Of a stretch of DNA of 63,895 nt, positions 38,281-51,082 are shown one piece after another. Under the pieces are notes generated by a model, which made no database searches, was not told where the DNA came from, and saw nothing but the letters and a program-made list of their open reading frames with translations. The stretch is from Pocillopora damicornis. Lineage: Eukaryota. Both the position numbers and the translations under genes were made by a program. Position 1 is the first letter of the stretch. Every line of letters starts with the position of its first letter. The stretch is from positions 310,001 through 373,895 of the forward strand of contig NW_020846686.1 of NCBI RefSeq assembly GCF_003704095.1, given 5' to 3'.

Positions 38281-41009
38281 CGCTAATTATTGTCATTTAT
38301 TACTACGTTAAAATACTGTCGAAAACAAGAACCCAAAATGTTATTTGACGCGCATTTAGCGTCTTCTGAGCAATCGAAGAAACGAAAATTCACGCTTGGG
38401 CTGAAAAACAGGCTTACTTCCGGTGAAAATGTAAACCCTTTTACGGTGGTTACGTCGAGCGGCATTAGGGCACATGTGTCGTGTATTATTATAAGCAAGT
38501 CTGAGTGCGCGACTTGGTTAGGAAAGTATCTCAACTCTATGTCGTCAAAGACCATTTTATTAGGTCTTAGTACACGTTAGTATTTTTCGGTGCGGCAGTA
38601 AAAGGTCTGCACATGGAAGACTGATAGCCGGTTGCAACTTATTGAGGAAACATTCTGCAAGATTCTTTCAGACTCAGGAGTTGAACGTGTTATGGAATCT
38701 GATGAAATGGACCTTTCCATGGTTATTTTAACTTTTTAATTCATAATCAGCTGTATAANNNNNNNNNNNNNNNNNNNNNNNNNNNNNNNNNNNNNNNNNN
38801 NNNNNNNNNNNNNNNNNNNNNNNNNNNNNNNNNNNNNNNNNNNNNNNNNNNNNNNNNNCGTATCTGCTCACGTTTCAATAACGTAAATTACGGCGCCTGG
38901 TATGTTTACAAATTTTTATTTGATTTTTCTACTACTTGCCGGCTCGCTTGTTCCGAAATTTCACTTTCAATTATCGGAATAAAGCTAAAAAAAAAAGTCC
39001 CGGAAAAGGTCGAACCTGGTACAATTTGGCAGATGGCGGAACAGCTTTAGCTCAGCCTTATGTCTATACTCTCATAGAGCACGCTCTTTCAACCAATGAC
39101 AGCGCGCGTTATATCCGAACTTTATTATAAAGCTGATTCGGGCCGCGCGCTCCTCAGCTATCACGCGATCGAAATCTCGAGCTCATAATGTAATTGTTAA
39201 ATATAGAATCTGCAAAGCAAGTAGGTATTTAGTGATTTTTTTAATGATTTAGTGGGAGGAGGGAGGGATAGGGGGGTCGGAACCTTCCACTTCCCGTACC
39301 CTGCTCTCTCGCTTCCCGTACCTTTATCGTTTATCTCCCGACTCCCGCCTTTTTCAGTCCTGCTCCCGTCCCCTGTAAATTTGAAGACTCAAAACGCAGT
39401 TCTTAGGCATTTTCATTGTTTTTAAACAATCTGCCCAAGATAAATACTGTCATATGGTCTCAGTTTAATGAAGTTTTGACTTACTCGTTTATCTTTTTTG
39501 TTTGAGAGTTTTACCATTTCAGTCCATTTTCACGTCACATTTGTTTCAGACATCCGTTTTCAGTGACGACGGTCTTAAAAGTTCTAATTTGCAGTTCTGA
39601 AACGTCCTGTGTTCTGATAAAGTTTGATAGTGACTAGATACGCGTCTCCAGCAACCAGTCCCGCGTTTGTTGGGATCATGCAATTAAAATACGGAAATAG
39701 GATATGACGGACTTGACCAAACGTCCCAGGCATATTTCTGATATTCTTTTTTATCGATTGGCAAATCTAAGTACATCTAAACGAAGTCTTACATTTGCCG
39801 AGGTGGTTGCAGTGATGTCCTTCTGCTTTAAATGGTTGTTGACTTGTCAAGTCTGTCTCCTCTTCCGAGTAATTTCGTGATTTTATCTAAATGACCTTTC
39901 CAGGATTTTTTTCCTTCAACTTTTGACTTTGATCAGGTAGCGAATATCTATGGACATTGCTAGAAAGAGCGCCTGAAAGTTAGTAAAAATAATTATATCC
40001 AGGTTTGAGAGAAAGTTTTACAGACTTGTGACGTGTGTCGTGTGTGTGCCGGGGGGCACAAACCTCCCCCCCCCACCTCGAAAAATATTTTCCGACTTTG
40101 CGAAGCTCTAACTTTGCGATTTTATAAGATATAGCTCCAAAACTTTGCCATTTCCACTAATTTTAAGGTGCTCTTTCCAGCGGTGTAGAGAGATTTTCGT
40201 TACATGGTCAATATAAAAAGTTAAAATAACCATGAAAAGGTCTATGTCACCAAATTCCCTATCACGTTCAACTCAGGAGTCTGAAAGAATCTTGCAGAAT
40301 GTTTCCCCAATAAGTTGCAACAGGCTATCAGTCCTCTATGTACAGACCTTTTACTGCCGCACCGAAAAATACTAACGTGTACTGAGACCTTATAAAATGG
40401 TCTTTGACGACATAGAGTTGAGATACTTTCCTCAAGTAGTTAGGGTTTTGCATTTCTCTCCCGCCTCCCGCCCTTTTAGAATTCCCGCTTCCCGCCCTTT
40501 CCTCTCCCGCCTCCCGTACCCTTCCCGCCCCCTATTCTCCCGGGCTCCCGACCCCCTGTCCCCCCCTTCCCTTCCCACTATTCGCGGGAAATTGACTATA
40601 ATAAGAAAAGTTGATTGCACCTGTGTCTCCAAAGAGGTCCAAAATGTTGACCTATCTTATTTGCCAAAGTGTGCACAGTTTAGTTTTATACAAGATAAGA
40701 ACATGTTTCAAATGTTAGGCTAAAGAGGTTCTTGTACAGAGGGGGTCCAATTAGCAAACTTCAGCCTAACAAGTTCTTAAAAAGTAGGTTCTTACTTGTG
40801 GGTTTTTACTGTAAACCTACTCAAGTGTCTGCAACAATTAGCGTCTTATTAAATATTCTTTTCAGCGCCGTAGAAATCAGTGACCCATTTAACATGAAAG
40901 GTCTATTTGAAGTTTCAGAATCTTCGTCCCCTCTCCTTTCAAGTTTCTAAACATTTTATTTTTTGTGCTTCTTGGTATATCTTGCACTGCATTGCAGACT
41001 ACACTAATT

Positions 41010-42296
41010 TCAAAGCGGATTCTGCTCAGCAATGTCTTGCAAAAGACGCTGAAAACATCCACTTGGGTGAGTATCACCATACCATCTCCTCCACATAAAT
41101 TCATGAAGGTATTCTATCAGAAAGTTAGTGTTTGTATTACCCTTCATTTTTTTTAACTTTTCTTTTGCTGTCGACCAATTGCTTTGCGCGTGTTGCGTGT
41201 GTACCCCAGTGACCGGATCGACGAAATGCAATGAATGATTGACTGTTCTGTGATTCAAACCCAATTGTCTCTGTATCTGGCGATATGCTGCCCACTGGTC
41301 GGTGTGCAAAAAACCGGGTTGTACTTGGCGTTATATAATGCCCAAAAGAGTGGCCGCATTTGTCGCTTACGAGCTGTAAGTATGGGTGGGTTGGCACGTA
41401 CTGCGTATCGAACAAACCAAGTACCCATTTCTCTCTTCTCGGGCGGCGTCTTCTATGAAACTGCGAAAGAAGTGCAGTCCCATATGGTCGTCAAGTTTTT
41501 AGGTGATACACCACTTAACGATACCAGACAAGTGAATAGTGCTCTTTTGAGGGAGCTATCAAATAATAGTGAACCGTTCTCTGTTTCCAAAAAATAAACC
41601 ATGTGCAGTGTTATCCCTAACAGTCAACAACCGTAGAATTTACTGGTTAATAGGCCAACTACCTGGCTGCCCGCTCCTTTTGTGAAACAATTCACTTTGG
41701 CCCTTAAAAAAAAATTAGTTATCATAATCATCGATACATAAATGTTCTGTTGTAGTTAACTGACGTGAAAATGATCTGGTTGCTATAGTTAAGTAAAATG
41801 ATAATACTACAACAGTAAACAAGAGCTTCTGAACAGAGCGAATTTTTGTTATTGGGTATAAAAATTTTCCGGAGTTCCTCACCCTTGCAACGTGATTTTC
41901 TTAGTTTGGGATTTGAAAGTTAGGAGAATGTTTAAAGTTGATTAATACTTTTAATCTTCCCTTAATATCTTCTCTTGATTTAGGGGTAAATTTGTCGATC
42001 GGACAATCACCCTTCACTTTTGTTAATGGTAATGGAACCGCGTTTTTATTCCTTTACTTTTCGGCACCAAAGCTTAGTAACAGTTTGGGATATATAGATG
42101 CACGTTCAACTTATCAAATGAGCACTCTACAGTGGCAGTATTGGTTACTTACCAAAGTATTCAAACCTTTTTTACTCACCTTTGACTTGTGGTTAAATTT
42201 TGACTCGTCAATTTGAATAACGACCTCTGGTCATCAAGCCTTGGGATTGGGTGTAAGACTAGAGCCTGTCAGTCCCCTTCTCTACATTTTCGAGCC
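41010..42296 (-). mobile_element. Intron-containing Merlin transposase remnant, copy 2 (exons ~42296-42180 and 41460-41010)
   Basis: IQIDESKFNHKSK|gtgagt ... ttcgcag|FHRRRR..WVLGLFD..HTDQWAAY..HRTVNHSLHFVDPVTGVHTQ..YLHEFMWRR; frameshifts. Confidence 0.9.
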
Positions 42297-42505
42297 ATAT
42301 CGACGCAGACAAGGGGTTATCGCGTGATAACCGTCCAACCACGCGACGTAAAGTAGCCAATTGTGTAACTAATAGGATTACGTGATAGTCACAATAAGGT
42401 GCACTGTATTTCATTCGAAGTATATAACATAAACGGAAGTTATTGGACTGGAAAGAACTTAATTAGATTCACAATTTCATTGATAGTCTCTCTTACGCCT
42501 TATAG

Positions 42506-42849
42506 TGACAGGCCTGTATCTGGGAGGAATTCACGCCCGTTATGAAGGAGTTCTGAAGATAATGAAACAGAGAAAGTGTTCCCTTGCCAAGGCTACGGAG
42601 AAATATGGAGTGGCCAGAAATACGCTGAGGGGATTCATCGGAACCTGTGAGCTAAAAATCTTGGACAGAAATAAGTTCAACACGGTTGTTTCCACGGAGA
42701 GGGAGCGTTGTGGAAAGCCGTCGCTCAAAGATATCGAGCTACGTTGCCGAGCTGCACTGTCAGAGTACAGGGCGCAGTCCAAACGATTCAAGGAAGAAGG
42801 CAGACTTCTTCCTTTCCTTCCTACAGAAAGCTTTTACACCGGAAAATAA
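42506..42849 (+). CDS. Open terminal exon encoding an HTH protein resembling the CCDC106 C-terminal domain
   Basis: cttatag acceptor (phase 1); ARYEGVLKIMK..SLAKATEKYGVARNTL..CELKILD..RC..RLLPF; recognised from memory of the family. Confidence 0.55.
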
Positions 42850-43566
42850 CAAAGAAACTCTTTAGGCGTTTCATCGACAAAGAGAGGCTAAGGATCCTCC
42901 CCTTCCCCACCCGACCACCACCACCCCATTAGTATATCAGATAAAATTTAGGAGATCTATCTAAGATAATTATGATAATGCACTCAATGTTACATACTTA
43001 CTTTGTCCGGGATGTATATCTTACAGGACTTATCCAACCTGTCCTTTGTAAAGTCCAGTTCAAATCATCACTGACATCCACTGTAGGCCTCAGTCTCAAA
43101 GATTCGGCGGTAGCGGAGCGAGATTCCTCCAGTGCGGGCTTTGATTACTAATCAGTTAACTGTGTTAATGTAATGAAAAAACTCCATCTTTAAGTGACAG
43201 CTCGGCTGAATAAAGCTATAGTAATTATCATTATTTATAAATATCGTCGTCGCTCAAAACTTGGCAATTAATATATATTTCATTCTTTGTTTCGTTCAGT
43301 ATATATTTCCAGAGAGAACCAACGAAAACGGAACACCGTTGATCCTAACCGCAGGTAAACCAAGTATAAAAGGATGGTTTTCCACCCTTTTTGGCGGGAT
43401 TGGAATTGAGAGTTTCTCTGCCTGTCCCTGATTAACACAGCCTGACTTAACAAAGCAGCTGAAGAGNNNNNNNNNNNNNNNNNNNNNNNNNNNNNNNNNN
43501 NNNNNNNNNNNNNNNNNNNNNNNNNNNNNNNNNNNNNNNNNNNNNNNNNNNNNNNNNNNNNNNNNN

Positions 43567-43620
43567 CTTAGAACGCATGCGGATAAGCGCTATATAAGTG
43601 TTAAATGTTAAATGTTGAAA
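43567..43620 (+). mobile_element. L2/SINE-type 3' tail inserted in the intron of VWA copy B
   Basis: aagcgctatataa followed by (atgttaa)n; homology to the copy A intron stops here. Confidence 0.55.
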
Positions 43621-43677
43621 AAGTCATGTCATCTACAAATTGGTATTTGCTTTCCGATATAAAATCTCATTACTTAC

Positions 43678-44895
43678 CTCCAGCGCCTTCGTTGATGTTT
43701 CAAAAGGAATGAACGTTTTCTTTTCTCTCTTTGGGATATGAGGTTTTCCATCAGTTACGATAATTAAGACGTTCTTGGCTTTGGGTATGTCCCCTCCAGC
43801 TGCTGTAAACACTTCTCTGGCAGCCAGGTCCAAAGCAAGATCTGTACGAGTTCCAAATTTCTTTGGCCTAACCATGAAGATTTCTTTTACAGCCTTCCTC
43901 AATTTGCCTGCATCGTAGTATTCTTTATTGTTAAGCTTGTTATGAATATCAGCAGTATTTGCAAAGTGCCAAGAGCAACATGACTTCCATCAGCAGAAAC
44001 GAGAGTTGAGTCGGTAACTCTTCAATAAAGTTCACCAGCTTTCTTCGTTGTTGCTTCTTCATACTCTTTGATATGTCACCAAAAATCGCTACATCCATAT
44101 TCTGTTGGTGGCACTGGTTATCTAATTTTAAGAATAGAAATCAGTGTTTAAACTCATCAGCGAGTAAATATTGAGGCTTTTAAGGCTTGAGATTAGCAAT
44201 TTTGCACCGCTTAGGCTGTTTGACTTTAGGATGTCCATAATCAAATCACAGTTCTTAGAGCAAACAGTCCGGGATTGCTTTGTTTTTGCATTACCTCGCC
44301 CATACAATCGTCCCACAAAACCGCACCACTCTCTCAACCAATCAGATGTAAAACTGAAACCAATTACGGCCTGGTCGCTCACGTTTTCCCGCGCCTCAGG
44401 CAATTCAGTTGGTGAATTTTGTGCTCTTATTGTGTCTTAAAGGTATATTCCTTTCTTCTGATTGGCCGCTCTAATTATTATAGTTTTGGTCAGTTTTTAC
44501 GAGAATTAATCAAAAAGCGTAGTAGTCCCCATATCATCAATAGGGACTATTCTATTTTCTTAAGATTATCGCCAGCGCACCTTAAGCGACCCTCAAACTA
44601 ACAAAGTCGAGTGAGCCATGCGTTTTTTCCCCATATTTTCCCAATTTAGATTAATATTAGTACTGTACCTTATTCATCGGTAACTAGATTATAAAATAAA
44701 ACAATTAACGAACCTGCTGTTACAGATACCACGCCTGAAAAAGAAAAACAGATTATGTTAATGGTCATTCTCTAAACTTAAAATCATAAACCGCTGTAGG
44801 AGATCGAATATAGGAAGGAGGGATCAAAAAAGCCAGATATTCTTACCTAAACATACACCCAATGCGATAGGTACGAGAATCCATAGATGTTGCAT
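43678..44895 (-). pseudogene. VWA gene copy B (subfamily 1): exons 44895-44847, 44734-44714, 44121-43678; two 1-nt deletions
   Basis: MQHLWILVPIALGVCL-G|VVSVTA-D|NQCHQQNMDVAIFGDISKS..TRTD..TDGKP; canonical GT-AG sites with matching phases; the large exon is 444 nt versus the 446 required. Confidence 0.9.
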
Positions 44896-46574
44896 TTTTA
44901 ATGAAATTAAGATCTGCAAAAAGAAAACCAACAGATATATAGTTTATAGAGAGGAAAAATTTCTACAGTTCAGTTTCGTCAAAAAGGTTGCAAGTACTCT
45001 TGGCGTTTCGTACGTGTTACTCTACAGAACAGCTGCATCGTCAGGACTTTTTATTTGTTGCATATCTTAAACAATTGTTAAGATATTATTTAATTTTATC
45101 AGCGTCAGCGCCAGCTTGTTTTTTACCCGCAAAGTATACCCAGCAATGTTTAATTTTGGAGATGAATTCAAAATGGTATACGTAGCGGGGTCAGTTGTTT
45201 CACATCAGGACTATGCAGCTTGTTTCCAATACCCAACAACAAAGAGCCGAAAACATCTTCTCCAATAGAAAAGTATAATTTTAATGAGAGTACAACACAG
45301 TTTCTTTGTCTCCTAATTTTCGACGGGAATCTTACTTTGACCAATGAACGTGACTTGGCATGAATTTATATTTGGCATGAATCATTAACCCTCAATGTAG
45401 TTTTTGAGTTATAAAAATTGATTAAAAGAAGCAGAAATATAGTCGTGGAGGAATGTGCATACTAATCAGCAATCAAATTTAGACGACAAAACTCTTTCAT
45501 AAAGAGCGTGAAGAAAACATAAGGCTTCAAAAATGTTTATTTAATTTACGATACAGAGATTTTCAGTAATGGTAAGTACGCGGGTACAAGGTAATCGGGC
45601 AAAAATGTGGGTTTCATAAATCCATTCCAGACTCCGCCTTCGTAACTGTTCAAAAAAAAGTTAAAATTTGCCAGTTATTCCTCATCTACATTTCTCCTAG
45701 TTCCACATACTTCACCAGCTCAGCTTCCTGTAGTCAAGGACAACTATTCGCCTTCTCATTGAGCCATTCAAAAAGACCACGTATAATCTATTAATGTGGT
45801 CGCCAGAGTAATTATAATAATAAATGTTTGGTATTTTGGCATTTTTTCTATTTTTCACGAATTATAAGAGCAAAAAGTTCAGAACATGAGGTATGAAATA
45901 CCTTTCAAAACATTTTTGTCAATTCTATGAATAAAAACTGTGTATAGCTCTCTTTTATGCAAGTAATTTTGCTCTGTTTAATTATTCAGAAAACCAACTA
46001 GGAACTGATTCTATCGGGCAAAGATATCTGTTTTTGAATAGCTTAGGAATTCGCTTATTACTTTCCTCTCGTTTGTATGAACAAGGAAAAATCAAGCCTG
46101 AAAGAGTTTAACTGTGAACACATTGTCTACACAGTGTTTCACAGTGTTTGTGCTTTATTTTTTCACTCTAAGAATATCAAGTTTAGTCAGAAAATTTTTC
46201 TTTTTTTGTGATTAGCAAGGAAAAAGACACTCTAACATGGCATCCTCAACTGGCTGAAGCACGTGGGCACATCGGAATCAAACGTTTGGCCGTAATAACA
46301 TGAGAGAGAATCTTTCACTTCACTATAATCATTACTTTTTAAAACTCAGTTCACCTTGGGAACATTCAAATTGTGTCTGGTACATTAAAAAAAAGGTACA
46401 CGTTTGGACGATGACAAAAATTTTGTTGTTATCAAATTAGATGGAACTTCCCGCACACCACCTTTCAAAATTCGNNNNNNNNNNNNNNNNNNNNNNNNNN
46501 NNNNNNNNNNNNNNNNNNNNNNNNNNNNNNNNNNNNNNNNNNNNNNNNNNNNNNNNNNNNNNNNNNNNNNNNNN

Positions 46575-48690
46575 AACGAAGAGACGCAAATTACGAGAGT
46601 AATGATATTAACATTTTTTTTTCATTTTGATCACCTGTTTTGGACGTTGCATTGCAGCTATGATTGGATTAAAAGGCACTTACCTATTCACGAGGCTTTG
46701 TTTGAATAGTTGAAATAATTCCTAGGCTGTTCTACTTAAAGGCTGTTTAATCTACACACTAGGTACACGACGTTCTACTTTTCAGAGCGAGAGCACTACT
46801 GAAAAAGATTAGGTCAGCTATCTGAGAGGGAAAGGTGAGTTTCACAGTAACTTTCGCCTTTTAACATGCACCCTTACGACTTTCACCTTATCCAGGTTCA
46901 TTACATTTAAAAAGATAAAGGACACAAATTTTTTAAATCATTCTTGTGAAATGGGAAACTACCCCTAAATAAGAAATCTTTTGAACAGCCCTTTTCAGGG
47001 GGGGAAAGGAAAAGGGTTGTATTGAACTTATTATCCCATCAGCGAAGGAAACAGAGCTAACCTAGAGTTTTTCATTCATTTCATTCCATTTAGGACAGGA
47101 TAATCCTATTATTTATACGAAAAGACTGAAAATCGTAAATGTTATTAATGTAGAAAATAAGATTCAGTTAAAATTCTTGAAACCAAAAGTTCACTAACAT
47201 TTTTTATTAGCCTAGAATGGAGTCAGATATCACGACTCTCGGAAGTTTCATGCCAGAGGATAATTTTAATTTGAAAATCTAAGCCATAATGTCGCTGATA
47301 TTTTTACTTGAATCCTTCAAACAAGCATTTTCTGGGATGAACAGGTTACACAGTGGGTATCAGACATTGACCATTTTCTAAGAGGAGTATTATTTTGAGT
47401 GCAAATTCTTTTGAAGAAGATAAACAAAATTGCAGGCCTGAGCAGCACAACCCGAAAAAATCGAAAAGAGAGAACCAATTTTATCGTCTTAAAGTGCGTA
47501 ACAGTTTTTAACCTTTCAGCTCTCGAATTTTGAAAGGTAGTGTGCGAGAAGTTCCATTTAATTTGATAACAACAAAATTCTTGTCATCGTCCAAACGTGT
47601 CCCTTTTTTTTAATGTACCAGACACAATTTGAATGTTCCCTCAGTGAACTGGGTTTTAAAAAGCAATGATTANNNNNNNNNNNNNNNNNNNNNNNNNNNN
47701 NNNNNNNNNNNNNNNNNNNNNNNNNNNNNNNNNNNNNNNNNNNNNNNNNNNNNNNNNNNNNNNNNNNNNNNNCCCAGGTCTGCAATTTTGTTTATCTTCT
47801 TCAAAAGAATTTGCACTCAAAATAATTCGCCTCTTAGAAAATGGTCAATTTTTGATACCTAGGTGTAACCTGTTCATCCCAGAAAATGCTTGTTTGAAGG
47901 ATTCAAGTAAAAATATCAGCGACATTATGGCTTAGATTTTCAAATTAAAATTATCCTCTGGCTTATAACGCAGTCTTAAAAACTCGTTGTAACGTTTGTC
48001 CATGAAACTTCCGAGAGTCGTAATATCTGACTCCATTCTAGGCTAATAAAAACTGTTAATGAACATTTGGTTCCAAGAATTTTAACTGAATCTTATTTTC
48101 TGCATTAATAACATTACGATTTTCAATCTTACCGTATAAATACTAGGATTATCCTGTCCTAAATGGAATGTTAAAAAACGTTACGTTAGCTCTGTTTCCT
48201 TCGCTGATGGGATAATAAGTTCAATGCAACCCTTTTCCTTTTCCCCCCCTGAAAATGGCTGTCCAGAAGATCTCTTAGTTAAGGGTAGTTTCCCATTTCA
48301 CAAGAATGGTTTAAAAACATTTGTCCTTTATCTTTTTAAATGTAATGAACCTGGATAAGGTGAAAGTCGTAAGGGTGCATGTTAAAAGGTTAAGCTCGTG
48401 AAAGTTACTATTAAACTCAGCTTTCCGTCTCAGATAGCCGACCTAATCTTTTTCAGTAATGCTCTCGCTCTGAGAAGTGGAACGTCGTGTACTTAGTGTG
48501 TAGATTAAACAGCCTTTAAGTAGAACAGCCTATGAATTATTTCAACTTTTCAAACAAACCTCGTGAATTGGTAAGTGCCTTTTAATCCATAGCTGCTAAT
48601 TACCAACTCAAAGCAACGTCCAAAGCAGGTGATCAAAATGAAAAAAACAATGTTGATATCATTACCTTTGTAATGTGTGTTTCTTCGTTT
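46575..48690. repeat. Diverged inverted duplicate pair (46575-47445 vs 47773-48690), plus 46325-46474 vs 47523-47672
   Basis: Reverse-complement colinearity with indels, across 100-N gaps. Confidence 0.85.
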
Positions 48691-49762
48691 TTAATCACTG
48701 TTCTTGTTTTTCTATTTGTCCCGTTAAATAGTTTTACTTCGTTTTATTTGCAGAAAGTTCGACATTGAAAAGTTAAGGTAATACCCGACCCTAGTAACCA
48801 GGAGGTCTTTTCAAAAACCAAAAAATTAGATTCTAACAACCGACTAAAAAACATAAAAATATTCCTATTTCACATAGCATACTTCTGATCTTTAACGACC
48901 CTTTAAAATTAAACGTTATTTCAACTGAAATGTAGATCAATTTTTGTGCAAAAAATACTTACCGTATGAAAAACACTGACAAATTAATATTTAGCTTGTT
49001 TCTTTTAAATATGGGTCATCCCTTTGTCTTATTCACGACATTTTATGATTTTGCATTAACCTTTACTATTTTTTCAAAAGTTTTCAGATAATTTTCCTCC
49101 CGGAAGTCTAGAAAAAAGAGCAGTATGATTCTCTCTTTGATTTCAAGTAATGGTTGAAACATGTCGTGTGATAAACAGAAAATATACATAAGCGCGTGTA
49201 CATATGGAATTTCCCTTCGACTGTTCAACTCAATAGCTCACTTGTGAGTGCATTGCAATAGCGAGTTATCGTATTGAGCACGATAACTAACACGAAACTG
49301 TGGTGTTATACAAGAATTTCCAGCCCTGAATAACGCACGTGAAAAAATACGATAACTTTTCATGTGTGTCTGATATCACCGACAGCTGCTGACACGTCAC
49401 TCGCCTTTCGCGCCACTCTGTCAGGTTAATGAATAGATGGCAAACCCTTTTACACATTTCATGTCTATTAAAACCTACTAGTGTATTGGTTAAAAGAATA
49501 ATCCAATTTTCTCTAACTTCTCTGATAAATAAATTTTTCCTGACTTAGAGTGAAATTCCCTGATTTTTCCCTAACCTTGAAGAAACTTTTTTTCCTGACC
49601 ATTTCCTGACTTGTGGTAAGATAAAGTTAAATCTTTACTCGAGCCAAGTTACCCATCTAGCTGGAGCTTATCCTTAGTATGAAGCGACTAAAAGCAAAAC
49701 TAAGGTCAACCCTCAAACGAAGCACAACACTCGATGACAGCGGGCTCTCGTTTGACAAAGAA

Positions 49763-49792
49763 CTGACGTTTCGAGCGTCAGCCCCTCGTCAG
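49763..49792 (-). ncRNA. Minimal hammerhead ribozyme motif (Penelope type)
   Basis: CUGACGA-G-GGGC(ugac)GCUC-GAAAC-GUC-AG. Confidence 0.75.
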
Positions 49793-49796
49793 AACG

Positions 49797-49937
49797 ATGG
49801 CGAAGGGCTAACATTCGAAACGTCAGCTTTTAATCTATTTAAGGTGGCCAATTTACGTTATCAACTTAGCTGATAATACCCTGTTATACTCTACCACCGA
49901 AGCAGCACCACAGTTTCTTTAGCAACTTACCCCCTTT
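49797..49937 (+). mobile_element. Penelope-type pseudo-LTR with a degenerate hammerhead at 49797-49826
   Basis: aUGgCGA-AGGGCUAACAUUC-GAAAC-GUCAG; downstream part matches 12533-12640 and ~59190-59245. Confidence 0.7.
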
Positions 49938-50635
49938 GTTCATTGAACAAAGAACTAGTTTGGTTTTGTTTAAGAAGGTTCTCTTCGGGGCAATAACAGC
50001 ACAATGAAAGGAACCATCGTTGTTTTAAAAAGGTTTCTTTAAAAACTTAGTATGGCATAGTGGTAATAAATCGTAAATTAGACAACAATGTTCAAATGAT
50101 AAACAGAAAGATTAAAAGTTTATCGTCGAAAACACAAAATGGCGGTTGGTGACTAAATTAGACGTAAATCAAGATCACTCCATGCTCTTTTTTCCTGTAG
50201 TTTGCATCACAATAACTAACAGCTGCATCGAAATTAGCTCAAGAACAGCTCCATAATTTTTTACCTTCGGAAAAATTCATTTACTAACCTAAACTTTGAG
50301 GGAAAGTTGGAAGACATACCTCGATCAAAAGTGTCATTTCAACTGTTTTCAACTGTCTTGATACTTTTGTGCCCGAAACGTCGCCTCTATCACTCCTCCA
50401 TGACCACCATCTTGAGTAAAAGCGAAGATCAGTATCTATTCACTAATTTCCAATAGAATTATTGGTACATACAACAATTAGTAACGAGTAAACAGCGAAC
50501 ATCTTCGATTTCTTAAATGGTCGCCATGTTGTGACGTCAAGAGGTTATCAAAGCTGATAAGTATCCCGGACTATTCTTGCTCTTTTCTCTCCCTCCTTTT
50601 CAGCCGCCCGATGCTGTGAAATTAGGATCCACTCA

Positions 50636-51082
50636 GTGATAACAGCCATTACCGAGGTAACAGCTATTTGCCAAGAGAAAAGCCACTGCTAAGAGAACAG
50701 CCATTACTAAGAGCACAGCCATTACCAGCATAACAGCCATTACCNNNNNNNNNNNNNNNNNNNNNNNNNNNNNNNNNNNNNNNNNNNNNNNNNNNNNNNN
50801 NNNNNNNNNNNNNNNNNNNNNNNNNNNNNNNNNNNNNNNNNNNNCCAACATAACAGCCATAACCAACATAATAGCCATTACCAACATAACAGCCATTACC
50901 AAGAGAACAGCCATTACCAACATAACAGCCATCACCAACATAACAGCCATTACAAACATAACAGCCATCACCAAGATAACAGCTATCACTAAGGTAACAG
51001 CCATTACCAACATAACAGCCATCACCAAGATAACAGCCATCACCAAGGTAACAGCCACTACCAAGGTAACAGCCATTACCAG
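50636..51082. repeat. 18-bp minisatellite (ACAGCCATTACCAACATA), spanning a gap
   Basis: About 19 visible units. Confidence 0.95.

Noticed and set aside
46575-48690. Giant palindromes or TIRs of one large element
   Set aside because: The arms lie on different contigs around 100-N gaps, so orientation is unverified; the same applies to 7520-11310 and 37585-41190
50633-51076. 147-aa hydrophobic membrane protein ORF
   Set aside because: Translation of an 18-bp minisatellite running through a gap
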